From: a virus
Lineage: Duplodnaviria > Caudoviricetes
IMG/VR virus record: IMGVR_UViG_3300031132_000234
Location: 4,200 to 68,199 of that record
Direction: 5' to 3' (one strand)
Length of the DNA stretch: 64,000 nt
The notes under the pieces are model-generated. The model saw only the letters and a program-made list of their open reading frames with translations, was not told the DNA's origin and did not search any database. Below, in pieces: positions 38,754 to 49,100 of the stretch. A program made the translations under genes and the position numbers. The first letter of the stretch is position 1. Each line of letters starts with the position of its first letter.

Positions 38754-40037
38754 CTAGAGGATCTCCTGGTTGCGCCAGTTCTTGCCCTCGAGGGTGAACG
38801 CCAGCATGCCGGAGCGGGACCGCTCGCCCTTGAGGTTCGAGAACCAGGACGAGCCGTTGTCACTGGCGGGCCCGACGAAGATCCACCGGGCGTTGCCGGA
38901 CTGCTGGATCCGCAGCGAGTGGAAGTGGCCGACGAGGAGGATGTCCGCGTCCCAGGTGGGCATGCGGCCGTGGCTCTGCTTCGACCACCAGTCGCCGAGC
39001 TTGTCGGGGTTGCCGGCCTGGTGCCCGTGCACGAGCCCGATCGTCGCGTCGCCGAGGCGCACGGACATCGACTCCATGAGCGCGTCGGGGAACACGGTCT
39101 CGACGTTCGGGAAGACGCCGAGGAGCTCCTGCGTGTGCATGACCTGGCGGCCGACCGCGATGCCGAAGTCGGCGTGCGGGTTGCCAGCTTCCTCCTTCGG
39201 TCCGGTGCGCCAGCGCCCGTGATTCGACGGCACGTAGGCGTTGACGACGCGCTGGGCCTGCGGCGCGATGATCTTGAGCCCGGCGAGGTCCATCTTGAAG
39301 GAGTGGGCGATCATCGCGGGGAGGTCGAGGTCGTTGGTGTCCCGCTGCGAGGAGACGTTGTTCACGTTCTCGATCGCGTCGCCGGTGCGGGCGATGAGCA
39401 CCTCGCGCGGCCGGTACTCGCGGAGGTAGTCGGAGAACGCGGCGTACGAGTTCATGACTCGCTCGCTGGCCTCGGAGGTGCCGCCAGCGAAGTCGGTCTT
39501 GCCCCACTGCTCGTCGGTCGGCTGGAGCACAGCTGCGTCGACCAGGTAGTCGCGCTTCGCGGGCACGTAGGTGAAGCCCTCGACGAACTTGGCGGCCGCC
39601 GTGAAGTCGACGGCGCCCTGCTCGAGCTTCTCCTTCGCAGTCTTCCGTGTCGCCGAGAACTTGTTCGCGTAGAGGGTCTTCGTGCCCTCGGAACGCGTGT
39701 GCTGCGTGTAGACGGAGTGGCCGTGCGTCGTGTTGTAGTCCGCCGGGTCAAAGCCGTCGCGGCGCAGATCCTCGAGCCACTCGGACAGCGGGATGACGCG
39801 GTCGGCCTTCTTCTCGATGAGCACGGTGCCGTCGCTGGACTCGGTGCGTGAGGTGGCGATGACGCCGTCGCTGGTGACCGTCGATGCGTCGGGGGCCTCG
39901 ACGCCCCTCGAGCGGGCCTTCTGGGCGAAGCCGAATGAGACCTCAAAGCGCTTGGCGATCGAGCGCAGGGCTTCGGTGCTGTTGATGGCGGATCGGAACT
40001 CGGGATCGAGCAGGACCGCGTCGGTGTGTCGGGACAA
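38754..40037 (-). CDS. Calcineurin-like metallophosphoesterase with N-terminal HTH-like segment
   Basis: TDEQWGK, GDAIEN, SNHG, VHGH, GHFH motifs. Confidence 0.85.
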   Translation of the reverse strand: MSRHTDAVLLDPEFRSAINSTEALRSIAKRFEVSFGFAQKARSRGVEAPDASTVTSDGVIATSRTESSDGTVLIEKKADRVIPLSEWLEDLRRDGFDPADYNTTHGHSVYTQHTRSEGTKTLYANKFSATRKTAKEKLEQGAVDFTAAAKFVEGFTYVPAKRDYLVDAAVLQPTDEQWGKTDFAGGTSEASERVMNSYAAFSDYLREYRPREVLIARTGDAIENVNNVSSQRDTNDLDLPAMIAHSFKMDLAGLKIIAPQAQRVVNAYVPSNHGRWRTGPKEEAGNPHADFGIAVGRQVMHTQELLGVFPNVETVFPDALMESMSVRLGDATIGLVHGHQAGNPDKLGDWWSKQSHGRMPTWDADILLVGHFHSLRIQQSGNARWIFVGPASDNGSSWFSNLKGERSRSGMLAFTLEGKNWRNQEIL

Positions 40038-40058
40038 GTGGCTTCCTCCGGTGTGCGG

Positions 40059-40844
40059 TCAGCCCGCGGGGGTGGGGTCTGTCGTGGGGCTTGGCGCGTC
40101 GCACGCGCCGGGGATGTCCTGGGTGGTGCCGTCGGTGAAGGCGAAGCGGAAGGCGGGGCCCTCGACGCAGGAGATACTCGTCACGCCGCGGCCGTCGGTG
40201 CCGTTGGTGCCCGGGGTGCCGGCGGCTCCGTCCTTGCCGTCTGCGCCGGCCGGACCGGCGGGGCCCTGGGGGCCCTGGGCTCCGGACGGGCCCGGCACGC
40301 TCGAGTCGGCACCGGGAGAGCCGGACGACCCGGGCGGCCCGGGGATGGTCGAGTCCGCGCCGCGGTCGCCAGTGGCTCCCGGCGCACCGGTCGCCCCGGC
40401 CTTGCCCGGCGGGCCTGACTTGCCGCGGTCGCCCTCGCAGAGGCCCGCGTTCTCGGTCTTGCCGTCGGTGTAGGTCACGACCCAGCCGAGCGCCGTACAG
40501 ATCGAGAAGGCGACTCCGCGGCCGTCCTTCCCGGATGCCCCGGCGGCACCGGGGGTTGCAGCGTCCGGCAGCGTCGATGGGGGAGCGGTGGTCGGCTCCA
40601 CGCCGCCGGTCTTAGCCTGCCCGTAGACCCGCGTGTACTGCTCCGTCAGGTACCCGTTCTGACCGGTGAGGGTCTGGATGCGTGACTCCTGCGAGGTGAT
40701 CCGGTCGTCCTGTGAGGCGATCCGGCCCTGCTGGACGAAGAACAGTGCGGAGAGCACCGCGGTGAGCGCGAGCACTGCGCACGCCACCACGATGTTCTGA
40801 GCGTTGAGCCACTTCGGGGCGTGCGGCACGCGGAGGTTCTTCAT
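40059..40844 (-). CDS. Membrane-anchored collagen-like protein in lysis cassette
   Basis: TM helix, coiled coil, Gly-X-Y repeats flanked by two GRGV..C...TDG.T...G.C modules. Confidence 0.8.
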   Translation of the reverse strand: MKNLRVPHAPKWLNAQNIVVACAVLALTAVLSALFFVQQGRIASQDDRITSQESRIQTLTGQNGYLTEQYTRVYGQAKTGGVEPTTAPPSTLPDAATPGAAGASGKDGRGVAFSICTALGWVVTYTDGKTENAGLCEGDRGKSGPPGKAGATGAPGATGDRGADSTIPGPPGSSGSPGADSSVPGPSGAQGPQGPAGPAGADGKDGAAGTPGTNGTDGRGVTSISCVEGPAFRFAFTDGTTQDIPGACDAPSPTTDPTPAG

Positions 40845-41089
40845 CAGCTGGCTCCCTTGAGCAGTGCGTAGATCGCGATGCAGGACGGGATGATGATGCC
40901 GAGGACCGAGACCCAGTTCCCGAACCGGGACTTCTGGGTTGCTTCGAGCACCTCGACTCGAGCGACGAGGTAGCCGAACTCCGTCTTGGTGACGAGGTCC
41001 CTGATCGCTGCGATGAAGGAGCCTTCGACACGGTTGACGTTCCGGTTCACCTCCCCGAGGGTGACTTCTGAGTCGCGGTCCTCGGGCAT
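40844..41089 (-). CDS. Small membrane protein (holin-associated)
   Basis: Coiled coil plus C-terminal TM helix. Confidence 0.65.
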   Translation of the reverse strand: MPEDRDSEVTLGEVNRNVNRVEGSFIAAIRDLVTKTEFGYLVARVEVLEATQKSRFGNWVSVLGIIIPSCIAIYALLKGAS

Positions 41090-41499
41090 CAGGCGCTCTT
41101 GCTCTTGTTGGACGGGAGGTACACCCCGAGCCAGATGCCAGCCATGCCGACGGCCCCGAGCGCGACCTGCGCCCAGGTCGTGTACGGGCTGCCGGCGGGC
41201 AGGACGTAGGTCGTGGCGAGCTCGCCGAGGCCGACGACGGCCGCGACAGCGGTGCCGACATGTGCCTTGGTGGCCTTGGTCCAGGTGAGGACGAGGTGGT
41301 AGCTGCCGTCGGCGGCCTGGGAGAGCTGCGGAGCCGCGGGGGCGTCCGAGGTGACCAGGTCGACCTCACCGAGGCCTGGCATCTGCACCAGGTCGCGGTG
41401 CTCGATCGCTACGTGCGCCGCGGTGCGGGCCGGGGCGACGGCGGCGTCCACCTGGAAGCCGGCGGCGATGTCATCGTTGAGGGTGGTGGTGTCGCTCAT
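41089..41499 (-). CDS. Holin-like protein
   Basis: Two TM helices, GVYLPSN end motif, directly after endolysin. Confidence 0.7.
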   Translation of the reverse strand: MSDTTTLNDDIAAGFQVDAAVAPARTAAHVAIEHRDLVQMPGLGEVDLVTSDAPAAPQLSQAADGSYHLVLTWTKATKAHVGTAVAAVVGLGELATTYVLPAGSPYTTWAQVALGAVGMAGIWLGVYLPSNKSKSA

Positions 41500-42416
41500 G
41501 CGGCGACCGCCTTTCCGGTGATGGTGAGGGTGGGCAGCTTGATGGCGCCGGGCTCGAGCGTCGCCGTGCCCGCCTTCTTGTCGATGCCCGCGAGACGATC
41601 TCCCGCGGAGTGGACGCCGTTGAAGCCGTCGATCTTGAGGCCCCACACGGCCGCCGCAGCCTTCTTGGCGGCGGTGTCACCGAGCGCGTCGCGGTGCCCG
41701 GTCGCGAGCTGGCGCCAGAAGCTCCACCAGTTGGCCTCGAGGCTCTCGGTCTTGATGCCGTAGGCCTTCTCGATGGACGCCTGGTAGGCGGTGTTCGGGA
41801 CGTGCCAGAAGAAGCCCGTCTCGACGCAGATGAGGTCGACGGAGCCGTAGTTCGCGTCACCTCGGGTGTTGTTCTTGATGAGGCGCATCTGCGTCATCTC
41901 GTACTCCTGGACGGTCTCGAGGGATGGGGTGACGATCGAGGCCATGCCTGCCGTCGTGATGTCGTAGCCGAGCCAGTGGGTCAGGTAGCCGAGTACCGGC
42001 CGACCCGTCTGGGCAGCGCGCTGGGCGATGGTGCCGCCGCCGATGTAGCCCGCTCCGCGGAGGGGCGAGTCCGTCATGACGCCCGGGGTGGCGTAGCCGC
42101 GGCCGGTCTGCGCCGCCGGGTAGACGTCTCCAGCGCCCTTGTTGCTGTCAGTGCGCGTCGGGGACGGGCCGAGGATGATCGGCACGTCCTTCGGCACGAG
42201 GGTGTTGGGCCCGATCGGGTGGCGGTGCTCGGCCGGTGCATTCGTCCAGGCGTCCATCGCGATGTTCGCAGGAGTCAGGTTCGGACGGATGCCGACGGCG
42301 AAGTAGCTCCACCGCAGGCACATGCCCGGGCGGTTGCGGCCGGCGGCGTACCCGTCGACGGAGATGGAGGCGAGGCGCGCGGCAGCCCCGGTGATGTCGT
42401 GGACGGCCATGGTCAC
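41496..42416 (-). CDS. Endolysin (CHAP/NlpC-like N-terminal domain)
   Basis: GMCLRW, AMDAW...HRH, YLGW-like VLGYLTHWLGYD; position after tail genes and before holin. Confidence 0.7.
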   Translation of the reverse strand: MTMAVHDITGAAARLASISVDGYAAGRNRPGMCLRWSYFAVGIRPNLTPANIAMDAWTNAPAEHRHPIGPNTLVPKDVPIILGPSPTRTDSNKGAGDVYPAAQTGRGYATPGVMTDSPLRGAGYIGGGTIAQRAAQTGRPVLGYLTHWLGYDITTAGMASIVTPSLETVQEYEMTQMRLIKNNTRGDANYGSVDLICVETGFFWHVPNTAYQASIEKAYGIKTESLEANWWSFWRQLATGHRDALGDTAAKKAAAAVWGLKIDGFNGVHSAGDRLAGIDKKAGTATLEPGAIKLPTLTITGKAVAA

Positions 42417-42856
42417 CGGTCCGCCGGGTAGGAAACGCCGCCGACGTAGACCGTGTCTCCGGTTCCCACGGAGGTGGAGCAGCCGACCTGGATGGATCCG
42501 TCGGTCTGGATGACGAGGAGTCCGGTGATGCCGTTGTAGAAGCCGATCGGAGCGCGGACCATCTGGTTCGGCCGGGCGCCCGCAGGGACCGTGCCGACGT
42601 TCGTGTAGCCGTTGGGGAACGAGCCTGAGTTGATGGCGATGTTGCCCTTGAAGTACGTCACGCCTCCGAGGACGCGGTAGGAGAACCCGCTGGGGGAGAA
42701 CCCGCTGGGGGTGTCGATGCCGACCCAGCCGGTGTCCTTGGTCTTGAGGTAGTTGTTCAGAGCCGTTGCGATTGCGTTGAACGGGGCCTGGATCGGGGTC
42801 ATGACCGAGTTGTCATCGAACAGCGGAATGTTCGCGGGAGCGCCGGTCGTAGCCAT
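42413..42856 (-). CDS. Short minor tail / receptor-binding-like protein
   Basis: DTGW...YRVLGGVTYFKG...VPAGARP beta-domain typical of fibre tips. Confidence 0.7.
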   Translation of the reverse strand: MATTGAPANIPLFDDNSVMTPIQAPFNAIATALNNYLKTKDTGWVGIDTPSGFSPSGFSYRVLGGVTYFKGNIAINSGSFPNGYTNVGTVPAGARPNQMVRAPIGFYNGITGLLVIQTDGSIQVGCSTSVGTGDTVYVGGVSYPADR

Positions 42857-42889
42857 GCAGGCAGTTTACAGCCGACTATCAGCTAACTA

Positions 42890-43558
42890 TCAGGGCGCGA
42901 CGCGCGCTTGAATCTTCGCGCCGAAGAAGTAGGTCTGGTCGGTAACGGCAAACATCTCGACCGAGACGGTCAATGTCTCGTTCTTCGGCACAGAGACCAC
43001 CAGGCTGTTGAACGAGCTTCCGATGAAGCTCGCTCCGCCGGTGACGCCGACGCGCTGGGCGAGGCTGTTGCGGACGGCGTCTCGCGCGACGACGACACCG
43101 GACGAGTCGCCCGTGATCGAGTAGAGGAAGTAGCCGTTGCCGGAGTTCATGCTGCCGCCGAAGCCAACCTCGAGGCGGCCAGTGGCGCTCGAGATCCGGA
43201 CCGAAGCTGGAGTGCTCGCGTAGCTGTTGGCCGCCACGGAGAGTCCGTTGGTGCTTGACCACTCGCGGTACTGGAGGTTCGCGTAGGCCGAGAGCAGGTC
43301 CGTGGCGTCCTGGAGCCGGTTCGTCGTCGTGGTGAGCTTCGACTGCGCATCAGCGAGGTCGCTAGTCAGCTGCTGGAGCTCTTGGATCTTCGTGGACAGC
43401 GTAGACATCGTGGACGACGAGGAGTTGGCGTTGTTGCCCTGACCCTGCTTGAAGCGACGGAGGTCGTCCTCGAGCTCCTGGATGCGCGTTTGCATCGCTC
43501 GGATGCCTGGCGTAGCCCTGGCGTCCAGGTTGATGGGGGGGAACGGCTTGGGGGTCAC
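42890..43558 (-). CDS. Minor tail protein (coiled coil plus beta domain)
   Basis: GTG at 43558 after RBS; position in tail-tip cluster. Confidence 0.65.
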   Translation of the reverse strand: MTPKPFPPINLDARATPGIRAMQTRIQELEDDLRRFKQGQGNNANSSSSTMSTLSTKIQELQQLTSDLADAQSKLTTTTNRLQDATDLLSAYANLQYREWSSTNGLSVAANSYASTPASVRISSATGRLEVGFGGSMNSGNGYFLYSITGDSSGVVVARDAVRNSLAQRVGVTGGASFIGSSFNSLVVSVPKNETLTVSVEMFAVTDQTYFFGAKIQARVAP

Positions 43559-43610
43559 TGGTCGTACCGCCTCGATCTCATGTCGGTCGATTCTACCGAG
43601 GGTTAGTCGG

Positions 43611-45236
43611 CTAAGCCGCGGATGCGTCCGGCGCGAAGAACGGGCGGGCATTGAAGTCCGACATCGTCTTGCCACGGTGGAGCGCGTTGAACTCCTTCGC
43701 CGTCATGCCCGAGTAGGCCGAGTTGAAGTCGCCCATCGTGTCGTCGGACTCGGCGGAGTACGAGATCGACTCAGGGGTCAGCGCGGAGACGGAGCGGATG
43801 CGGTACCAGCTCCCGTCCATGAAGGTCCGAGCGCCGGAGACGTTCCCGAACGCCTGGGTCTCGAAGGCGTCGTGCAGCTTCTCCATCTGGAGAGCGCTGA
43901 ACTCGCCCATCGTCATCCCGGAGTACGTCTTGTTGAAGCCGCCCATCGTGAGGCCCGCGAAGTCTCCGTCGGAGTTGAACTGCCCCATCCGCATGAACGG
44001 GATCCGGTCGCCGACTTCGCCCTGACGATTGATCCCGGTGCTCGTCACGCTGATGGTTCGCTTCGCGCTCGTGAACGCGGCGAGCGTCCACAGGCCCGCT
44101 CGGTACGCGTCGTCGATCGAGGTGATGAAGGGGCTGTCGACCGTCGCCCCGACGACCGTTGGCGCGAGGTCGGGCGAGTTCCCCGTCGGGAGCGTGACCT
44201 TGGTGCGGTCGTAGAAGACTCCGGCACCGATCAGCCGCAGGCTCGAGTAGTAGGTGTTGTCCCCGGAGGACATCCCGATCGTGAACGGCGCGTACTTCGG
44301 GGACCGCATGCCGGTGATGGTGACGGTGATGGACCGCGTGTCCTCGTTGACCTTCACGGAGACGTTGCCGCCGCCCGCGGTCCACTGTGCCGGCGGAATA
44401 GGCAGTCCATCGTTGCCCGCCACCGTGTAGACGCTCGCGGCTTGGTAGTTCCGTGCAACGCTCGCCACACAGTCCGGCTGTGTGATGGAGGTGAGCGAAG
44501 CGCCGAGCGACATCTCGTCGGTCGCCTCGAGGCTGATGTCGAACTCGACCCTCGCTCCGGCGTCCACCTGGTACGCCTGGACCTCGGAGTTCCAGCCGCC
44601 GAGCGGGTACGCCAGGTCGCTCTTCTGCTGGCTCTGGTAGTAGAAGATCTCGATGCTCTGAGCGACGTTCGAGGCGTCGTGTGACCACGACTCGGAGGCG
44701 TCGCGATGGTTCTGCGCCACGCGACCTCGGAGCGGACGGAGCACAACGTTGTTCGACACGAGGGAGGTCTCGACGCGCTGGGAGGCGACGAGCTGCTTGA
44801 CCTTCTCCCAGACGACGCCCTGCCACCCGGGGAAGGTGACCTGCCGCGTCGAGATGCCCGCGTCTACGACGATGCCGTCCTTGACTCCACAGAGGCCGAG
44901 GTAGTACCGGAAGGCGCCCTCGAGCGTGCCACTGAAAGGCTGAGCTGTGCGGGTGACGTTGAGTAGGGCCATCCGCGAGTCGGCAGTGAGGATCGAGGTG
45001 TCCCCATCGCCACTGAGCCCGCGGACGGTGCCCGTGGTGGTTCCCTGGTTGCCGTCGGCCAGCACCAGCAGCTTGTTGCGGTAGAGCTTCGTCTCCGAGC
45101 TCTCGGGGAAGGTGACCGAGATCTGGCCTACGCCGCCCGTGGTGTCGGCTGGGTCGATCGGAGTGGAGTCCTCGACGACGCTATAGTCGCTGGCGTTCCA
45201 CTTCGGGTTGCCAGCGATGGTGATGTCTACCGCCAC
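43611..45236 (-). CDS. Minor tail (hub/Tal-like) protein with C-terminal Met/Phe repeats
   Basis: Second gene after TMP; repeats such as GMTMGEF and TMGDFN. Confidence 0.75.
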   Translation of the reverse strand: MAVDITIAGNPKWNASDYSVVEDSTPIDPADTTGGVGQISVTFPESSETKLYRNKLLVLADGNQGTTTGTVRGLSGDGDTSILTADSRMALLNVTRTAQPFSGTLEGAFRYYLGLCGVKDGIVVDAGISTRQVTFPGWQGVVWEKVKQLVASQRVETSLVSNNVVLRPLRGRVAQNHRDASESWSHDASNVAQSIEIFYYQSQQKSDLAYPLGGWNSEVQAYQVDAGARVEFDISLEATDEMSLGASLTSITQPDCVASVARNYQAASVYTVAGNDGLPIPPAQWTAGGGNVSVKVNEDTRSITVTITGMRSPKYAPFTIGMSSGDNTYYSSLRLIGAGVFYDRTKVTLPTGNSPDLAPTVVGATVDSPFITSIDDAYRAGLWTLAAFTSAKRTISVTSTGINRQGEVGDRIPFMRMGQFNSDGDFAGLTMGGFNKTYSGMTMGEFSALQMEKLHDAFETQAFGNVSGARTFMDGSWYRIRSVSALTPESISYSAESDDTMGDFNSAYSGMTAKEFNALHRGKTMSDFNARPFFAPDASAA

Positions 45237-45237
45237 G

Positions 45238-46101
45238 TCAAGTCCAATCGCCGATCTCAGTCAGCTTAGCCGACAAACTGACCATGCCGTCGAAGCCCCG
45301 GCCCACCGCGGCGCTGTACGCCGTGCGCTGCGGGGCCTCGTCGAACTTGCAGCCAGAGTGCCCCTGTCCGGAGATGAAGCCGCCGGTCTTCGGGGTGGCG
45401 TTGGAGCGGAGGATCTGAACCACCATCCCGGCAATCGTCACGGCGGCGGCCGTTCCGCCACCGAAGCGCAGCTCGATGCCTCGGTAGATGTCGCCGGAGA
45501 ATGCCGTGTTGACGAGCGTGTCCGTGTCGACGGGGAGGATCTTCGGCAGGACGGAGTCTCCGACAAGGCCGCCCGGAAGGATCGGGGACACTTCGAGCCC
45601 GCCGGTGCCGACCGCGGTGCCATGGAATCCAACCCAGGCGGTGTGACCGGGTGGAATCGGGATGTAGAGGGACGAGCGCGTGGTCGAGGGTCGGTACTGC
45701 GCGCTGGTCGTGGGGTAGCCCCGCGAGTTGGTCTCCGTCGGCACCGAAGCCGGGCGCGTCTTGCCCCAGAGGACGGGGCCGTCCAGGGCCGCCAGGGCGG
45801 GGAACGCCCACTGGGCCGGCAGGACGTTCTTGTCCATCGCCATGGGGTCGAGGAAGTACACCAGGCCGGTGCCGTCGATGCCGCTGGTGATGTCCTCGAT
45901 CGCGCGCGCTGAGTCGCGGGAGAGCGCGTTCCAGCTCATCTCGTACTCGACGTGTGCAGCGATGGAGCTCCGCACGTTGGCGCCTCCGGAGAGGAAGGTG
46001 GTCTTGCTCGACCAGCGCTTCGCTCCGTAGGTCATGCCGGTGGCGGGCGCGGTCACCCACTTCTCGCGGCCTCGGAGGCCCATCCACATCTTGCCGGCCA
46101 T
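45238..46101 (-). CDS. Distal tail (Dit-like) protein
   Basis: Immediately downstream of TMP. Confidence 0.7.
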   Translation of the reverse strand: MAGKMWMGLRGREKWVTAPATGMTYGAKRWSSKTTFLSGGANVRSSIAAHVEYEMSWNALSRDSARAIEDITSGIDGTGLVYFLDPMAMDKNVLPAQWAFPALAALDGPVLWGKTRPASVPTETNSRGYPTTSAQYRPSTTRSSLYIPIPPGHTAWVGFHGTAVGTGGLEVSPILPGGLVGDSVLPKILPVDTDTLVNTAFSGDIYRGIELRFGGGTAAAVTIAGMVVQILRSNATPKTGGFISGQGHSGCKFDEAPQRTAYSAAVGRGFDGMVSLSAKLTEIGDWT

Positions 46102-49100
46102 CAGGCGCTCCCTCGGTTCGTTCCGTTGACGTTGTTGGCCGAGGAGGCACGTGCGATAGCCTGCCCCGGGATGATGACCCTGATCTGGGCGACGGCCTCG
46201 GCGATGGCGCGGACGGAGCTCGCGTCGAGGGCGACAATGCCGCCACCCTGGGATGCGGCGGCCGCCATCTGCGGCTTGCCGTACTGGGCCGCCGAGTGCA
46301 AGCGTGCGAGGTTCTCGACGCCCATGTTCCGGGTGGCCTGCTGGTTGAAGACGTACTCGCCCTTGTGCACGGACCCGGCGTAGTCGTACTTGCCGCCGCC
46401 GCCGGTGTACCCACCCGTCCAGTAGTTGCCCGACTTGAGCACCGCCTGCTTCGCCAGGATGCTCGCCTGGTAGCCGAACGCGGAGATCGGGTTGCCGGCG
46501 ACGGACGCGAGGGCGGCCTGCGCGCTGAGGACCGCGATGTCGGTGAGCAGCGCGAACTTGCGAGCGGTCTTGAGTGCCACCGGGTCGAGCTCGGACGACA
46601 TGTCGCCGACGCCGTCAGAGAAGCCGTCGGACATGCCGTTGCCCGCGTCACGACCGGCCTTCTTGGCCTTCGCCACGAACTCGTTGAGTGCCTGGATGGC
46701 CGGGTTCACATTCGCGCCCACGGTGATCTTGCGGGGCACGCGCGCGATGGCGGTGGTCATGTCATCGAACGCGGAGGCGTACCTCGACACCTCGGCCCGG
46801 TTGAAGCCCATCTGGACGGCCTGGTTGATGAAGTCCTGCTTGAGCTGCTGCGTCTTCACGCGGAGCTGCTCCTGCGAGTAGCCGGACGCCGCCAGCTTGG
46901 CGATGTAGTCCTGGTAGTCGCCGACGAGCCCGAGGATGACGCCGCGGTTCTCGACCGCGGCCTGCGTGCTGCCGACCAGCGAGGTGCTCGAGCCCTTCTG
47001 GGCCTCAGAGAGGTCCTTCTGGGCGTCCGCGGTGTCGCGGGAGTTCTCGGCGAGGTCAGCCTGGATCTCGGCGGCACGAAGGGTGTCGCCGTACATCCGG
47101 GCGACCTTGAGCCAGTACTGGTCGACCTTGCGGTCCGCGGCGAGCTTCGACAGCGTGGCGTTGGCGTCGGCCATCTTCGAGCGAGCGTCGGCGGCGCTCT
47201 TGGCGATGTCCTGCCAGCCGGAGACGATCTTGTCGAAGACCTGCCCGGGGGCCCAGCGGATCTCGAACGCGCGCTGGAAGACGCCGCCGAGGTCGCTGCC
47301 GTAGTCGGCGAGCGTCTTGACCTCTTCGGTCACCTTCTTGGTTGCGGCGGCGGCCTTCTCCGCGGCGTGCCGAGCCTTGCCCATGCCGGAGACGAAGGGC
47401 TTCATGTTGAAGGCGATCGGCGTGGCGCCACTGGGGGCGAGGGTGCCGATGACCTGGCGCAGGATGTCGAGCTGCGACGCCGAGGCGTACCCGCCCTTCA
47501 CGAGCGCGTCGAAGAAGCCCTGGAGACGGCCAGCGGCCTCGCCCGTTGTCGCCGAGGCGGAGACGATGCTCGAGATCACGGCCTGGAGCTGGGAGCCGTT
47601 CGCCGCGGCGGCCGCGCCGTTGTTGTAGAACGCCTCACCGAGGGAGTACGACGAGCTCATGAGCTCGTACTGCGCGTTGACACCGCCGTACAACGACTTG
47701 ATCTGGTCGTTGACCTGGTCGCGCAGGAGGATCGACCCGCCGGCGGCACCCTCGACGCTCCCGCTGAGGTCATCGGTTGCCGCCGCGGCGCCGCCCGTGG
47801 TCGAAGCGTAGGCGGCCATGACTGCGGCCGTGGAGCCGAACTGGCCCTCGAGGGCTGCTCCGACGTTGGTGAGCTTCGAGAAGGCGTCGTTGGCGGTCGC
47901 GCTTGCGATCGCGGCCGAGTTGTCGATGCCCTGCTCGTCGAGGGTGCGCTTGATCTCTCGGCGAAGAGCGGCCGACATCTTCGCGGCGTAGTTGCGAGCA
48001 CCGTTCTCGGGGTCGCCGAGGATCGACTCGGCGAAGCCGTTGAGGCTGCCGCCAGCGCGATCGAGGGAGCTGCCGAGCTGATTGTCGGTGAAGAGCTTCT
48101 GGTACTCCTTGCTCGACTGGAGCATGGAGGCCAGTGCGGCCTTGGCGTTGTCGCCGTAGACCAGGGTCTGGTTGCTGATGGCGCTCGTGGCACCGTCGAC
48201 AGCGCCAGCGAGGCTCTTCTGGGCCGACGCTGCATCGGAGACCTGGGAGGACCAGCTCGCTCCGGAGGAAGCCGCCTGCGTCTGGCCGACGGAGATCTTG
48301 TCGATGTAGTCGCCGGTCTTGGCGTACGCCGCGGCGTCCTTCTCGAACGCCGACGCCAGGGTGTCGGACGACCCGAAGAACTTGTCCGCCTTGTCGGCAG
48401 CGGTGTCGAACGCGCCGCCGGCCTGGGCCGCGATGGCCGCGACGCTGGCGAGCGAGAGAACGATGCCGAGTCCGCCGAGCCCCTTGAGGGCGAAGCTCAG
48501 ACCGGTCGTGGCGACCTTCATCGTAGTGGCGCCGATCGCGCCCTGCTGGAAGGCGGCACGCAGAAGCAGTGTGTTGCCAGCCGCCAGCGCCATGCCGGTC
48601 GCGAGTGCGCCGGTCACGCCAACGAGACCCGCGAACCCGAGCAGGGTGACGGAGATCCACTGTCCGATCGGGTTGCTTGCGATGGCCGTGACGGCCTTGA
48701 GCAGCTTCGTGAGCCCGTCGATCGCGGTACTCAGGCCACCGCCCGCCGAACCGCCGACGGTCGCCATGAGCGCCTGCCAGTTGTTCGATAGGACCTGGAG
48801 CTTGGCGCTGACCGTCTCGGAGACGATGCCGTACTGCTTCTGGAGCTCGGAGTTGTCGGCGAAGCCGGACTTCGCGTTGGCGAGCGCGTCCTTGAGGACG
48901 TTCGTGTTCTGCGCGAGCCGCTGGAGGGTCGGAAGGTCGCGGTCGCTGGCGAGGCCAATCGACTCGAGGGCGGCCGCGGCGTTGGAGCCCTGCGCGTTGA
49001 TGCCCTTGAGCAGGGAGATGAGCGCGGTGGTGGGGGTCTTCTCCCACGCCGATGCGAACTGGGAGCCGCTCTGGCCGGCGAGCTGTGCGAAGTTCTCGAG

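Noticed and set aside
40059-46101. Diversity-generating retroelement acting on tail genes
   Set aside because: No reverse transcriptase or TR/VR repeat pair seen
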